From IMG/VR virus record IMGVR_UViG_3300037245_001361, positions 7,214 through 71,213 of that record: a stretch of DNA of 64,000 nucleotides; one strand, written 5' to 3'. Under the pieces are notes generated by a model. The model did no database searches and was not told the origin of the DNA. It saw nothing but the letters and a program-made list of their open reading frames with translations. This DNA comes from a virus. Positions within the stretch are counted from its first letter, which is position 1. Each line of letters opens with the position of its first letter. Below, in pieces: positions 63,966-64,000 of the stretch. Position numbers and translations under genes: made by a program.

Positions 63966-64000
63966 ATGAGTTATAGTATAGATTGTAGGAGATAGTATGA

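Larger units (their letters stand above)
1..64000. mobile_element. crAss-like (Crassvirales-type) bacteriophage genome segment
   Basis: Gene order TerL-portal-scaffold-MCP-ring proteins-IHF-like-muzzle-cargo proteins with a giant virion RNAP, plus DUF5675 lysin and Bacteroidota-type TAnnTTTG boxes; no host housekeeping genes. Confidence 0.9.

Noticed and set aside
1-64000. Genome-wide stop-codon reassignment (TAG or TGA), as in some Crassvirales
   Set aside because: Large genes are uninterrupted in the standard code, and both TAG and TGA end genes at sensible, tightly packed boundaries.

Overview
A strongly AT-rich 64-kb segment of a crAss-like (Crassvirales-type) podovirus, most likely infecting a Bacteroidota/Flavobacteriia host and read with the standard genetic code. 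1-15.2 kb (+): early/middle genes, comprising a PRTRC-type E1 (ThiF)/E2/F-like module, ArdC, a solitary adenine methyltransferase, DnaB, HU, an AAA ATPase, SSB, two PD-(D/E)xK nucleases and many small ORFs, punctuated by nine related intercistronic hairpins. 15.3-60.3 kb (-): one long late block with RepL-like protein, terminase, portal, scaffold, major capsid, ring and muzzle proteins, five cargo/ejection proteins including a 2794-aa virion RNA polymerase, Cys-rich collar/fibre proteins, a DUF5675 endolysin and a membrane lysis cluster. 60.4-62.0 kb (+): a divergent four-gene operon with a J-domain protein and a Tad1-like anti-defence sponge. The right end is non-coding, with a strand-composition switch and iteron-like 22-bp-spaced repeats. 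Best candidates for undescribed biology are the phage-borne ubiquitin-like E1/E2 module with no Ubl gene in its usual position and the early-region hairpin family. All family calls come from motif recognition by eye; no searches were run.
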